A stretch of 64,000 nucleotides of DNA from Actinomycetota bacterium (lineage in GTDB: Bacteria > Actinomycetota > Thermoleophilia > UBA2241). Below are positions 49,868-61,415 of the stretch, piece by piece; the first letter of the stretch is position 1; every line of letters begins with the position of its first letter. The notes below the pieces were generated by a model. It did not search any database. It saw nothing but the letters and a program-made list of their open reading frames with translations, and was not told the origin of the DNA. A program made the position numbers and the translations under genes. Location: assembly GCA_012514235.1 (NCBI GenBank), contig JAAZAR010000029.1, forward strand, positions 39 through 64,038, given 5' to 3'.

Positions 49868-50439
49868 TGCGCTCTCCTCTCGGCGTTGGCGTGCAGGCGG
49901 GCGCGGATCTCGTCCACCTCGTCCGCCCCGAGGGCGAACTCCTCGAGCGGCGGGAGGTCGTCGCGGCTCCCGAGGCCGAACAGCTTGAGGAACCGCTCGC
50001 CGGTGCCGTAGAGGACCGGCGAGCCGGGCGTGTCGGCGCGGCCTACCTGCTCGACGAGGCCGCGCTCCTCCAGTGCTCCGAGCGCGTACTCGGACGAGAC
50101 GCCGCGCACGTCGGCGATCTCCGCCCGGGTGACGGGCTCGAGGTACGCCACGACGGCCAGGGTCTCGAGCAGGGCCGGCGTGAGGTCGTCCGGCCTCTCG
50201 GCGCCGGTGAACCGCCGCACGTCGTCGGCGCAGTCGTCCGCGACCGCGAGGGTATAGCCTCCGGCCACCTGCCGCAGTTCGATGCCGTGACGCTCGGGCG
50301 AGAACTCGGCCCGCAGCGCGTCCAGCGCCGCCGCGACGTCGGCGGCCGTACAGTCGCAGGCCTGCGCGAGCCTGTCCGGCGGCACCGGACGCGGCGAGAT
50401 GAAAAGGAGCGCCTCCAGGCGTCGTGCGAGTGGGAGCAT
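49864..50439 (-). CDS. scpB: segregation and condensation protein B
   Basis: 191 aa with LEALLFIS, GGY.L, AALETLAVVAY.EPVTRAEI..VRGV and GRADTPGSPVLYGT. Confidence 0.9.
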   Translation of the reverse strand: MLPLARRLEALLFISPRPVPPDRLAQACDCTAADVAAALDALRAEFSPERHGIELRQVAGGYTLAVADDCADDVRRFTGAERPDDLTPALLETLAVVAYLEPVTRAEIADVRGVSSEYALGALEERGLVEQVGRADTPGSPVLYGTGERFLKLFGLGSRDDLPPLEEFALGADEVDEIRARLHANAERRAQ

Positions 50440-50496
50440 GCGGCAGACGGGTCGATAGCGGGACGCGTCGATGCTACCGCAGAGCAGTCGCCGGCG

Positions 50497-51264
50497 TCAC
50501 CCTGCCGCGGGCCTCGGGGCGGCGAGTCGGCTCACCACGATGTCGCCGAAGTGACGCGTCTGGCGGAGCCGCGCCTCGCCGCTGGAGTGCAGTTCGAGCA
50601 GGGCGAAGAAGGTGACCGCCCGCTCGAGGCGATCCCGCGGCGCGACCCCGGCGAAGGTGAACTCGCCCTCGTCGTCCAGGATGAGTCGCAACCGCCGGAG
50701 TTCCTTCACGAGCGACACGGCGAGGTCGGCGAGATGACTGGTGTCCGGGGCCGGCGGCTCGCGAAGCAGGGGGCTCAGCGCCTCGGCGAGCGCCGAAGCG
50801 GGGAGCGCCGCCTCCGGCAGAGGGCGCCGGAGCAACTCCGCCGGCACGGGAACCGCCCGGTAGAGCCGCGAGCTGTGCGTCTCCCAAGCCGCCCGGAGAG
50901 CGCCGGCGGCGTTGCGGAACTGGCTGTAGCGGACGAGGCGCTCGAGAAGTCGGCGCGCCGCCTCGTCCGGGTCGAGGTCCTCGAGTTCCTCCTCGACCTC
51001 CTCCTCGAGCAGCAGGCGGGACTTCATCTCGAGCAGCGCCGCGACGAGCACCACGAACTGGGAGGTGGCGTCCAGGTCGAACTCGCCGCTGTCGGCCAGC
51101 TTCAGGACGTACTCGGCGATGATCCGCGAGACGCGGACCTCCCAGATGTCGATCTCGTCGCGCAGGATGAGCGTGACGAGCAGGTCGAACGGCCCGTCGA
51201 AGACGTCCAGGTCGAGCTCGAGGGCGACCGGGGGTGCGGCGACGGCGGCTGCATCAGAGCGCAT
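50497..51264 (-). CDS. scpA: segregation and condensation protein A (kleisin)
   Basis: 255 aa with LDVFDGPFDLLVTLI...EIDIW.V....I..EY. Confidence 0.9.
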   Translation of the reverse strand: MRSDAAAVAAPPVALELDLDVFDGPFDLLVTLILRDEIDIWEVRVSRIIAEYVLKLADSGEFDLDATSQFVVLVAALLEMKSRLLLEEEVEEELEDLDPDEAARRLLERLVRYSQFRNAAGALRAAWETHSSRLYRAVPVPAELLRRPLPEAALPASALAEALSPLLREPPAPDTSHLADLAVSLVKELRRLRLILDDEGEFTFAGVAPRDRLERAVTFFALLELHSSGEARLRQTRHFGDIVVSRLAAPRPAAG

Positions 51265-51309
51265 CGCCGTCGCCTCCTCCCTGCGTCATCCGGTCTCGTC
51301 CTCCCCGGC

Positions 51310-52503
51310 TCAGTCTTCGGGCTGGTGGACGAACGACGGGATGTCGAAGTCGTCGGCCTTGGGAGCCGGCCCGAAGGGCGTGCCGCGGTCCTGCTTCGGC
51401 TCCGGCGACGGCGCCGGGGTGCGTCCCTCCGGGACGCGGGCCGGCGCCGGGCGCGCGCCCACCTCGTCGCCGAAGCCGGTGGCGACCACGGTGATGGAGA
51501 TCTTGCCCTCGAGCTTCTCGTCGACGACGGCGCCGAAGATGATGTTGGCGTCGTCGTCGGCGGCATCGCTGATGACGCCGGCCGCCTCGTTGACCTCGAA
51601 CAGCGTGAGGTCCTCGCCGCCGGTGATGTTGAGCAGCAGCCCCTGGGCGCCGTCGATGCTGGTCTCGAGGAGCGGCGAGTGGATGGCCATGTCGGCGGCC
51701 ACCTGGGCGCGGTTCTCGCCGCCGGCGACGCCGATGCCGAGGAGGGCCGTGCCGGCGTCGTGGACGATGGTGCGCACGTCGGCGAAGTCCAGGTTGATGA
51801 GACCGGGTACCGTGATCAGGTCGGTGATGCCCTGCACGCCCTGGCGCAGGATGTAGTCGGCGTGCTGGAACGCCTCGACCACGCTGGCGTTGCGCTCCAC
51901 CACGTCGAGCAGCCGGTCGTTGGGGATGGAGATGACCGTGTCCGCCACCTGACGGAGCGCCGCGATGCCGTCGGCCGCCTGGCGCGCCCTGCGGTTGCCC
52001 TCGAAGCCGAACGGCCGGGTGACGATGGCGATGGTGACGGCTCCGAGCTCGCGGGCGACCTGGGCCACGACGGGCGCCCCGCCGGTGCCGGTGCCGCCGC
52101 CCTCGCCGGCCGTGACGAACACGAGGTCGGCGCCGCGCAGCGCCGCCTTGAGCTGATCGCGGCTGACCTCCATGGCCTCGCGGCCGACTTCCGGGTTCGC
52201 GCCGCCGCCAAGCCCGTGCGTGATCTCCTGGCCGATGTGGATCTTGACGTCGGCATCGCACACGTCGAGCTGCTGCACGTCTGTGTTGACGGCGATGAAC
52301 TCGACGCCCTTGACGCCCATGTCGACCATGCGGTTGACCGCGTTCGTGCCGGCCCCGCCGATGCCGACCACCTTGATGGTCGTCACGTACGGCCGGCCCT
52401 TGACTGGAGCGTCCGGGACCGTGACCTCGGGGACCGCGCCCCCGGCGTCGGTGCGACGGAAGAGCTCGCTCAGTCCATCCTTCATGCTAGGACGATCTGC
52501 CAT
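51310..52503 (-). CDS. ftsZ: cell division GTPase FtsZ
   Basis: 397 aa with [55 protein letters not shown], and the C-terminal DDFDIPSFV peptide. ATG 52503 has GGGAGG 6 nt upstream and lies 17 nt inside the upstream gene. Confidence 0.95.
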   Translation of the reverse strand: MADRPSMKDGLSELFRRTDAGGAVPEVTVPDAPVKGRPYVTTIKVVGIGGAGTNAVNRMVDMGVKGVEFIAVNTDVQQLDVCDADVKIHIGQEITHGLGGGANPEVGREAMEVSRDQLKAALRGADLVFVTAGEGGGTGTGGAPVVAQVARELGAVTIAIVTRPFGFEGNRRARQAADGIAALRQVADTVISIPNDRLLDVVERNASVVEAFQHADYILRQGVQGITDLITVPGLINLDFADVRTIVHDAGTALLGIGVAGGENRAQVAADMAIHSPLLETSIDGAQGLLLNITGGEDLTLFEVNEAAGVISDAADDDANIIFGAVVDEKLEGKISITVVATGFGDEVGARPAPARVPEGRTPAPSPEPKQDRGTPFGPAPKADDFDIPSFVHQPED

Positions 52504-53245
52504 TCAGCACCTCCCGCGCCAGGGCGCGGTACGATTCTGCCCCCCTGCCTCGTGAATCGTACTTGAGGACCGAGGATCCCGTCACGGGCGCCTCGGCGAA
52601 CTTGATGGTCTTGCGCACCACCGTGTCGAACACGAGGTCCCCGAAGTTCTCCCGCAGCACCTCGATGGATTCCCTGCCGTGATGCGTGCGGGCATCGAAC
52701 AGCGTCGGCAGGATGCCCCTGATGCGCACCTCCGGGTTGAGGTTCTCGCGGATCATCTCCAGCGTGCGCTCGAGCTGCAGCAGCCCGCGCAGCGAGAGGT
52801 ACTCGCACTGCACGGGCACGATCACGCCCTCCGAGGCGGTGAGCGCGTTGATGGTGAGCAGGCCGAGCGACGGCGGCGTGTCGATGAGGATGTAGTCGTA
52901 GCGGTCGCGCACGGCGTCCAGGGCGCGCTGCAGGGCCCGCTCGCGCCCGATCATCGTCGCGAGCGCCATCTCGGCGCCGGCGAGGTCGATGGTGGAGGCG
53001 GCGACGTCCAGCTCGCGTTCGTAGATGACGTCGTCGATGGGCGTGCGATGCACGAGGACGTCGTACATGCTCTTCTCGAGGCCCTCGGTGTCGATGCCCT
53101 GGCTCATCGTGAGGTTGCCCTGCGGGTCCATGTCGACGGCGAGCACGCGCAGGTCGTGCTCGCGCAGGGCTGCGCCGAGGTTGACCGTCGAAGTGGTCTT
53201 GGCCACCCCGCCCTTCTGGTTGGCGAAGGCGATGACATGCGCCAT
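52487..53245 (-). CDS. orphan ParA/Soj-type Walker ATPase (no adjacent parB)
   Basis: [24 protein letters not shown]...AVDMDPQGN...[13 protein letters not shown] 53245 is chosen over the longer ORF-track start. Confidence 0.9.
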   Translation of the reverse strand: MAHVIAFANQKGGVAKTTSTVNLGAALREHDLRVLAVDMDPQGNLTMSQGIDTEGLEKSMYDVLVHRTPIDDVIYERELDVAASTIDLAGAEMALATMIGRERALQRALDAVRDRYDYILIDTPPSLGLLTINALTASEGVIVPVQCEYLSLRGLLQLERTLEMIRENLNPEVRIRGILPTLFDARTHHGRESIEVLRENFGDLVFDTVVRKTIKFAEAPVTGSSVLKYDSRGRGAESYRALAREVLNGRSS

Positions 53246-53314
53246 GTGAGCGTTACCCCTGTGTCGACTCCACGTTAGAACGCAGTTCGGGCCGCAGGCA
53301 AGAATCCCTGCATG

Positions 53315-53347
53315 CGACGGGCCCCGCAGCGTCTGCGGGGCCCGTCG
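53315..53347 (-). terminator. 15-bp perfect hairpin between yajC and the parA-like gene
   Basis: CGACGGGCCCCGCAG-CGT-CTGCGGGGCCCGTCG. There is no clear U-tract, so terminator function is inferred only from its position. Confidence 0.45.
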
Positions 53348-53381
53348 GAACACGCTGCGTCACCGTGAGTGGACGGCCTCC

Positions 53382-56024
<2,643 letters not shown>

Positions 56025-56028
<4 letters not shown>

Positions 56029-56591
56029 GCGCTCCTCCGCCGTGCCCGACGCTCGTGCCAGGCCTCCCACTTGCTGGCGGCGCACCCGCAGTACGGCTGC
56101 CGGTACAGGTCGAGCCTGCGACTCTCGGCGTAGCTCTCGCGGAACCGATCGCGCACGTCCAGGTACACGAAGTCCACGCCGTGTCTGTCGGCCGCCGCCT
56201 GCCCGGCTGCGACGATGAGATCGTGTCGCTGGTACGGGCTCACCGTGAGCGTGGTGGTGAAGCGGCCGAAGCCGAGGGCGCGTGCGGCTGCGGCGGCCGC
56301 CTGAAGACGCAGACCCAGACAGGCGGCGCACCGCTCCTCCGGGACGGCGCGTCCGAGGCGCTCGCGCCACCGCCTCCACCCGGAGGCCTCCTCCCCGGCG
56401 ACCGTCACCAGCTCCAGGCCGGCCGCACGCGCGTACCGGACCATGCTCTCACGGCGCCGGTCCATCTCCGCCGGCGGCTGGGTGTTGGGGTTCTCGAACC
56501 AGCCCACGGGCTCGATCCCGCGCTCGCGCCAGGCGGGCACGGCGACGGTGGAGCACGGTCCGCAGCAGGTGTGGAGGAGCAGGTCGGTCAT
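56025..56591 (-). CDS. queH: epoxyqueuosine reductase QueH (DUF208)
   Basis: 188 aa with LLHTCCGPC...NP......E...R and a C-terminal YRQPYCGC. Confidence 0.85.
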
Positions 56592-56652
56592 CCGGCGAGT
56601 ATAGCGCGAGCTCCGGCCGGCCCGGCCGCGGGTGCCGGTCGGCCGGCCTGCG

Positions 56653-57693
56653 TCACAGGTCGTCGAAGAGCGTGTCGCCGCGCGCCGGTGGCGTAAGGCC
56701 GCAGTGGATGAACCCGCTGCGCGTGAGCACGCGACCGCGCGGCGTCCGCTTCAGGAAGCCCTGCATGATGAGATACGGCTCGTACACGTCCATCACCGTG
56801 TCGGCCTCCTCGCCCAGGGCCACGGCGAGCGTGTCCAGCCCCACGGGGCCCCCGTCGAACTTGTGGGCGATGGTCTTGAGGATGTCGCGGTCGAGCTTGT
56901 CGAGCCCCTCGCCGTCCACCTGGAACAACTCGAGTGCCGCGAGGCAGATATCGTGCTCGATCACGCCCTCGTGACGCACCTGCGCGTAGTCCCGCACGCG
57001 GCGCAGCAGACGATTAGCCACGCGCGGCGTGCCGCGTGAGCGTCCGGCGATCTCGAGCGCCGACTCCCGGTCGATCTCCACGCCGAGGATGCCGGCAGAC
57101 CGAGTGACGATGGCGGCCAGCTCCTCGATCTCGTAGTACTCGAGTCGCTGCCAGACGCCGAACCGGTCCCGCAGCGGCGTGGTCAGCAACCCCGTACGCG
57201 TCGTCGCTCCGATGAGCGTGAACGGCTGGACCTGCATGCGGATGCTCCGCGCCGCCGGTCCCTCGCCGATCATGATGTCGATCTCGTAGTCCTCCATGGC
57301 CGGGTAGAGGACCTCCTCCACGGCCGCGTTGAGGCGATGGATCTCGTCGACGAACAGGACGTCGCCCTCCTGCAGGTTCGTGAGCAGCCCCGCGACATCG
57401 ACCTTGCGCTCCAGGGCGGGACCCGACGTGGTGTGCATGCCGACACCGAGCTCTTGGGCGATGATGCCGGCCAGCGTGGTCTTGCCGAGACCGGGCGGCC
57501 CGGCGAGAAGCACGTGGTCGAGGGTGTCGCCGCGCTGCTTGGCGGCCTCGACGAAGATCTCGAGCTGCTCCTTGGCCACGCGCTGGCCGACGAAGTCGTC
57601 GAACCGGCGTGGCCGGAGACTCAGCTCCAGATCCCTGTCGTCGGCACGCTCGTTGGGATCGCCGATGCGGTCCTGTTGCTTCTTCGCCATCAC
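56653..57693 (-). CDS. ruvB: Holliday junction branch migration helicase RuvB
   Basis: 346 aa with [19 protein letters not shown] and TTR.G.L..PLRDRFG. Confidence 0.96.
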   Translation of the reverse strand: MMAKKQQDRIGDPNERADDRDLELSLRPRRFDDFVGQRVAKEQLEIFVEAAKQRGDTLDHVLLAGPPGLGKTTLAGIIAQELGVGMHTTSGPALERKVDVAGLLTNLQEGDVLFVDEIHRLNAAVEEVLYPAMEDYEIDIMIGEGPAARSIRMQVQPFTLIGATTRTGLLTTPLRDRFGVWQRLEYYEIEELAAIVTRSAGILGVEIDRESALEIAGRSRGTPRVANRLLRRVRDYAQVRHEGVIEHDICLAALELFQVDGEGLDKLDRDILKTIAHKFDGGPVGLDTLAVALGEEADTVMDVYEPYLIMQGFLKRTPRGRVLTRSGFIHCGLTPPARGDTLFDDL

Positions 57694-58292
57694 GCACCTG
57701 CCTTACGCGTGAGCGCGAACTTGACCAGTTCTTCGACCGGCGCGTCCTCCGGCGCGCCGCGCAGCGCCTCCTCGGCTTCACGGATGCTCAAGCCGAGGTT
57801 CTGCAGCGCGGAGCGCGCCTCGATGAAGTGGCCTGTCGGGATGGGCACGCCGCTCGAGTCGGCTGCGCTCGCCCCCACGGGCGGCAGCTCCCCCACCTTG
57901 TCCTTGAGCTCGACCACCAGGCGCTGGGCGAGCTTCTTGCCGATCCCGGGGATGCTCTCGAACTTCTTGACGTCGTCGCGGGCCACGGCCAGCTCGAGCT
58001 CCGCCACCGGGTACCCCGAGAGCACGGCGAGGGCGACCTTCGGCCCGACGCCGCTGACCGCCGTGAGCCACAGGAAGAACGTCCGCTCGCCCGGATCGCG
58101 GAAGCCGAACAGCTGCAGGGCGTCCTCTCGCACGTGGAGGTACGTGTGCAGGCTGACCGCCTCGCCGACGTGCGGCGTCAGACTGCCGAGCGTGCGCCCG
58201 GAGGCGAGCACTTCGAGCCCCAGACCGCCCACCTCCACCACGGCGCGCTCCCCGTCCACGCTCACGAGGGTGCCGCGCACCGACGCGATCAC
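57690..58292 (-). CDS. ruvA: Holliday junction DNA-binding protein RuvA
   Basis: GTG 58292 overlaps the ruvC stop. VIASVRGTL...LFGF....ER..F..L..VSGVGPK.AL..LS. Confidence 0.92.
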   Translation of the reverse strand: MIASVRGTLVSVDGERAVVEVGGLGLEVLASGRTLGSLTPHVGEAVSLHTYLHVREDALQLFGFRDPGERTFFLWLTAVSGVGPKVALAVLSGYPVAELELAVARDDVKKFESIPGIGKKLAQRLVVELKDKVGELPPVGASAADSSGVPIPTGHFIEARSALQNLGLSIREAEEALRGAPEDAPVEELVKFALTRKAGA

Positions 58293-58831
58293 CGCGGTCT
58301 CCCGAGGCGGCCGCGGAGCGCCTGCGTCGCGGCCGGTTTCGCGGGTGCCTGCGGCAGGCCCGCGGCCGCATGGTGCGCGTGACAGATCGCGACGGCAAGC
58401 GCATCCGCCGCGTGGTCGGGCTGCGGGATGCGCGGCAGGCAGAGGATGGTCTTGGTCATCTCCTGCACCTGGATCTTGCTCGCCCGCCCGTAGCCGGTGA
58501 CGGCCATCTTGATCTGCAGCGGCGAGTACTCGCAGGGAGACTCCACGAGGTCCGAGGCCGCGAGATAGAGCACCCCTTTGGCCTGCCCGACGGCGAGCGC
58601 GGTCTTCACGTTGACGTTCACGAAGAGCTCTTCGAGCACGACGATGTCCGGACAGAACCGCTTGATGAGGCCGCGCGCCTGGTCGTGGATCTGGCGCAGG
58701 CGCACGTGCGTCGCGTCCTTCGCGGAGGTGACGATGCAACCGTGGCCGAGCGAGCGCAGGCGGTTGCCCTCCTGCTGCACGACCCCCCAGCCGGTGCTCG
58801 CCGTACCCGGGTCGAAGCCCAGGACGATCAT
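58289..58831 (-). CDS. ruvC: crossover junction endodeoxyribonuclease RuvC
   Basis: MIVLGFDPGTASTGWGVV...EELF...N....L..GQA.G...., C-terminal DAADALAVAICH. Confidence 0.92.
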   Translation of the reverse strand: MIVLGFDPGTASTGWGVVQQEGNRLRSLGHGCIVTSAKDATHVRLRQIHDQARGLIKRFCPDIVVLEELFVNVNVKTALAVGQAKGVLYLAASDLVESPCEYSPLQIKMAVTGYGRASKIQVQEMTKTILCLPRIPQPDHAADALAVAICHAHHAAAGLPQAPAKPAATQALRGRLGRPR

Positions 58832-58890
58832 CTCCGGCCTCTCGACCCGCGTCCAGTGCGCCGGCCGCACCCCCCGGCCCCCGTCACGTC

Positions 58891-59640
58891 TCAGCCCGCC
58901 AGGGCCTCGAGGACGTCCTCGGGGATGTCGAAGTTGGCGTAGACCTCCTGGACGTCGTCGCTGTCCTCCAGCGCGTCCATGATCTTCATCGTCTTACGGG
59001 CGTCGTTCTCCTCGAGCTTCACCGTCGTCTTGGGGATCATGGTGAGGTCGGCCGACTCGAACTCGATGCCCGCCGCGGTGAGGGCGTCGCGGACCGCCGC
59101 CAGATCGGCGGGCTGGGTGAGCACCTGGAAGGAGTCTCCGTCCTGCACGACGTCCTCCGCGCCCGCGTCGATGGCCGCAGCCATGACGTTGTCCTCGTCG
59201 TACCTCGTACCGTCGACGACGATGGAGCCGCGGCGCTCGAAGCCCCAGGCGACGGCGCCGGGCTGGGCCAGCTGGCCGCCGTGCTTGCTGAAGATGTTGC
59301 GCACCTCGGCGGCGGACCGGTTCTTGTTGTCGGTGAGCACCTCGACGATCATCGCGACACCGGCCGGGCCGTAGCCCTCGTACACGATGCTCTCGTAGGT
59401 GGCGCCCTGGGCGCCGCCGGTACCCCGCAGGATGGCGCGCTAGATGTTGTCCTTGGGCATGGACTCGGCCTTGGCCTTCTCGATGGCGTTGGCGAGCGCC
59501 ATGTTCATCGCCGGATCGCCGCCGCCGTCACGAGCGGCGACGGTGATCGCGCGCGAGAGCTTGGAGAACAGCTTGCCGCGCGCGGCGTCCGTCTTGCCCT
59601 TCTTGTGCTTGATGGTGGCCCATTTGGAGTGCCCGGACAC
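58891..59640 (-). pseudogene. yebC: YebC/PmpR-family transcriptional regulator interrupted by one in-frame TAG (codon 67, 59440-59442)
   Basis: The N-terminal part [15 protein letters not shown]...MPKDNI stops at TAG. The same frame continues RAILRGTGG...YEGYGPAGVAMIVEVLTDNKNR to 58891. The stop replaces the conserved Glu of the PKDNIERAI motif. Confidence 0.8.
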
Positions 59641-59657
59641 GGTGCACACCTCCCTGG

Positions 59658-60398
59658 TCAGCGGTGGCCGGCCGCGGCGGGAGCCCGGCCGGGCGCGCCG
59701 GCGTCGCGCTCGGCCGGCGTCGGCGAAGACTCGGCCCCCGCGCCTTGCCGGCGGCGGATCATGTGGATGAAGAGCTCGTGCAGACGGGTGTCGTCTGTGA
59801 GCTCGGGATGGAATGCGGTGACGAGCACATCGCCCTCCCGTGCCGCGACGATGCGGCCTTCGCAGGTGGCGAGCGTCTCGACGCCGGGACCGGCACTCTC
59901 GATCCACGGCGCCCGGATGAACACCGCACGCACGGGACCGCCGGCGACGCCGTCGATCTGCAGGTCCGCCTCGAAGCTGCGGACCTGACGGCCGAACGCA
60001 TTGCGTCGCGCGACGACGTCCATGAGCCCGAGCGTCGTCGGCCGTCCCTCGACCGTCGCACGCGCTACAGTGATGAGGCCCGCGCAGGTGCCGTAGACGA
60101 TGCCGCCCTCCGCCGAGAACGCCTTGATGGGTCCGGCGAGGTCGTACTCCTCCATGAGCTTGTGGATGGTCGTGCTCTCGCCGCCCGGGATGACGAGCCC
60201 GTCGAGCCCGTCGAGGTCCGCCGGCCGGCGGACCTCGCTCGTGCGCGCGCCGAGGCGCTCGAGCATCACGCGGTGCTCGCGGAAGTCGCCCTGCAGGGCG
60301 AGCACGCCCACGGCGAGCCCGGCGCCGGGACCCAGGGGGTCGAGCGCCGGATCGGGCGAGAGGATCCAGTCCAGCCGCTTGCCGCCGTGCGGAGTCAC
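59658..60398 (-). CDS. pdxT: pyridoxal 5'-phosphate synthase glutaminase subunit PdxT
   Basis: [30 protein letters not shown] and FHPELT. Has N- and C-terminal extensions. Confidence 0.9.
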   Translation of the reverse strand: MTPHGGKRLDWILSPDPALDPLGPGAGLAVGVLALQGDFREHRVMLERLGARTSEVRRPADLDGLDGLVIPGGESTTIHKLMEEYDLAGPIKAFSAEGGIVYGTCAGLITVARATVEGRPTTLGLMDVVARRNAFGRQVRSFEADLQIDGVAGGPVRAVFIRAPWIESAGPGVETLATCEGRIVAAREGDVLVTAFHPELTDDTRLHELFIHMIRRRQGAGAESSPTPAERDAGAPGRAPAAAGHR

Positions 60399-60414
60399 GC
60401 CGAGGCCTCTCCCG

Positions 60415-61299
60415 TCACCAGCCGCGGTGCTGGAGCTTGGACTCGGCCGGCATGCGCGCCGCGTCGATGCCGGGCATGGCGTCGCCGAGGCCCACGCTGA
60501 CCTCGGCGAGGACGGCCGGGTCCCGGTAGTTGGTCGCCGCCTTGACGATGGCGTTGGCGCGCTTCTGCGGATCCTCGCTCTTGAAGATGCCGGAGCCGAC
60601 GAACACGCCCTCGGCGCCGAGCTGCATCATGAGCGCGGCGTCGGCCGGTGTGGCGATGCCGCCGGCCGAGAAGTTCACCACCGGGAGCTTGCCGTGCTCG
60701 GCGACCCACTTGACGAGTTCGAGTGGGGCCGGGAGCTGCTTGGCGGCGACGTAGAGCTCGTCCTCGTCGAGAGTCTGCAGCCTGCGGATCTCGCCCATGA
60801 TCGTGCGCATGTGGCGCACGGCCTCGACCACGTCACCCGTGCCGGCCTCGCCCTTGGTGCGGATCATGGCCGCTCCCTCGCTGATGCGGCGCAGCGCCTC
60901 ACCGAGGTTGACGGCGCCGCACACGAACGGCACGTCGAACTTCCACTTGTTGATGTGGTTGGCCTCGTCCGCCGGCGTGAGCACCTCGCTCTCGTCGATG
61001 TAGTCGACCTCGAGGGACTGCAGGATCTGTGCCTCGACGAAGTGGCCGATGCGCGCCTTGGCCATCACGGGGATCGAGACGGACTCCTGGATCTCCTGGA
61101 TCTTGGTGGGATCGGCCATACGCGCCACGCCGCCCTGGGCGCGGATGTCCGACGGCACCCGCTCGAGAGCCATGACGGCGCATGCGCCGGCGTCCTCGGC
61201 GATCTTCGCCTGCTCGGCGTCGGTGACGTCCATGATGACGCCGCCCTTGAGCATGTCGGCGAGACCGCTCTTCACTCGCATGGTGCCGATATCAGTCAC
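60415..61299 (-). CDS. pdxS: pyridoxal 5'-phosphate synthase lyase subunit PdxS
   Basis: 294 aa with [32 protein letters not shown] and [11 protein letters not shown]. Confidence 0.96.
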   Translation of the reverse strand: MTDIGTMRVKSGLADMLKGGVIMDVTDAEQAKIAEDAGACAVMALERVPSDIRAQGGVARMADPTKIQEIQESVSIPVMAKARIGHFVEAQILQSLEVDYIDESEVLTPADEANHINKWKFDVPFVCGAVNLGEALRRISEGAAMIRTKGEAGTGDVVEAVRHMRTIMGEIRRLQTLDEDELYVAAKQLPAPLELVKWVAEHGKLPVVNFSAGGIATPADAALMMQLGAEGVFVGSGIFKSEDPQKRANAIVKAATNYRDPAVLAEVSVGLGDAMPGIDAARMPAESKLQHRGW

Positions 61300-61415
61300 G
61301 GGGAAACCTCCGGTCGTGTTGCTACAGCCAATCCTACCGCAGCGTCCAGAATTCGAGCTACCGTCAGGATGCCACGGAATGCCCGGCTTTGCGGGGAAAA
61401 CCGGGCGGACAGGCG

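Noticed and set aside
51310-52503. The displaced FtsZ as a divergent FtsZ-like or TubZ-type paralogue.
   Set aside because: All canonical tubulin/FtsZ signature motifs and the C-terminal DDFDIPSFV anchor-binding peptide are present. It looks like the bona fide FtsZ; only its genomic context and N-terminal extension are unusual.
59440-59442. TAG in yebC read as pyrrolysine; TGA between mihF and gmk (4251-4253) read as selenocysteine.
   Set aside because: No pyl or sel genes and no SECIS- or PYLIS-like hairpins are evident in the window. The TAG aligns with a conserved Glu, one substitution from GAG. The TGA is the normal mihF stop at the family's usual C-terminus.
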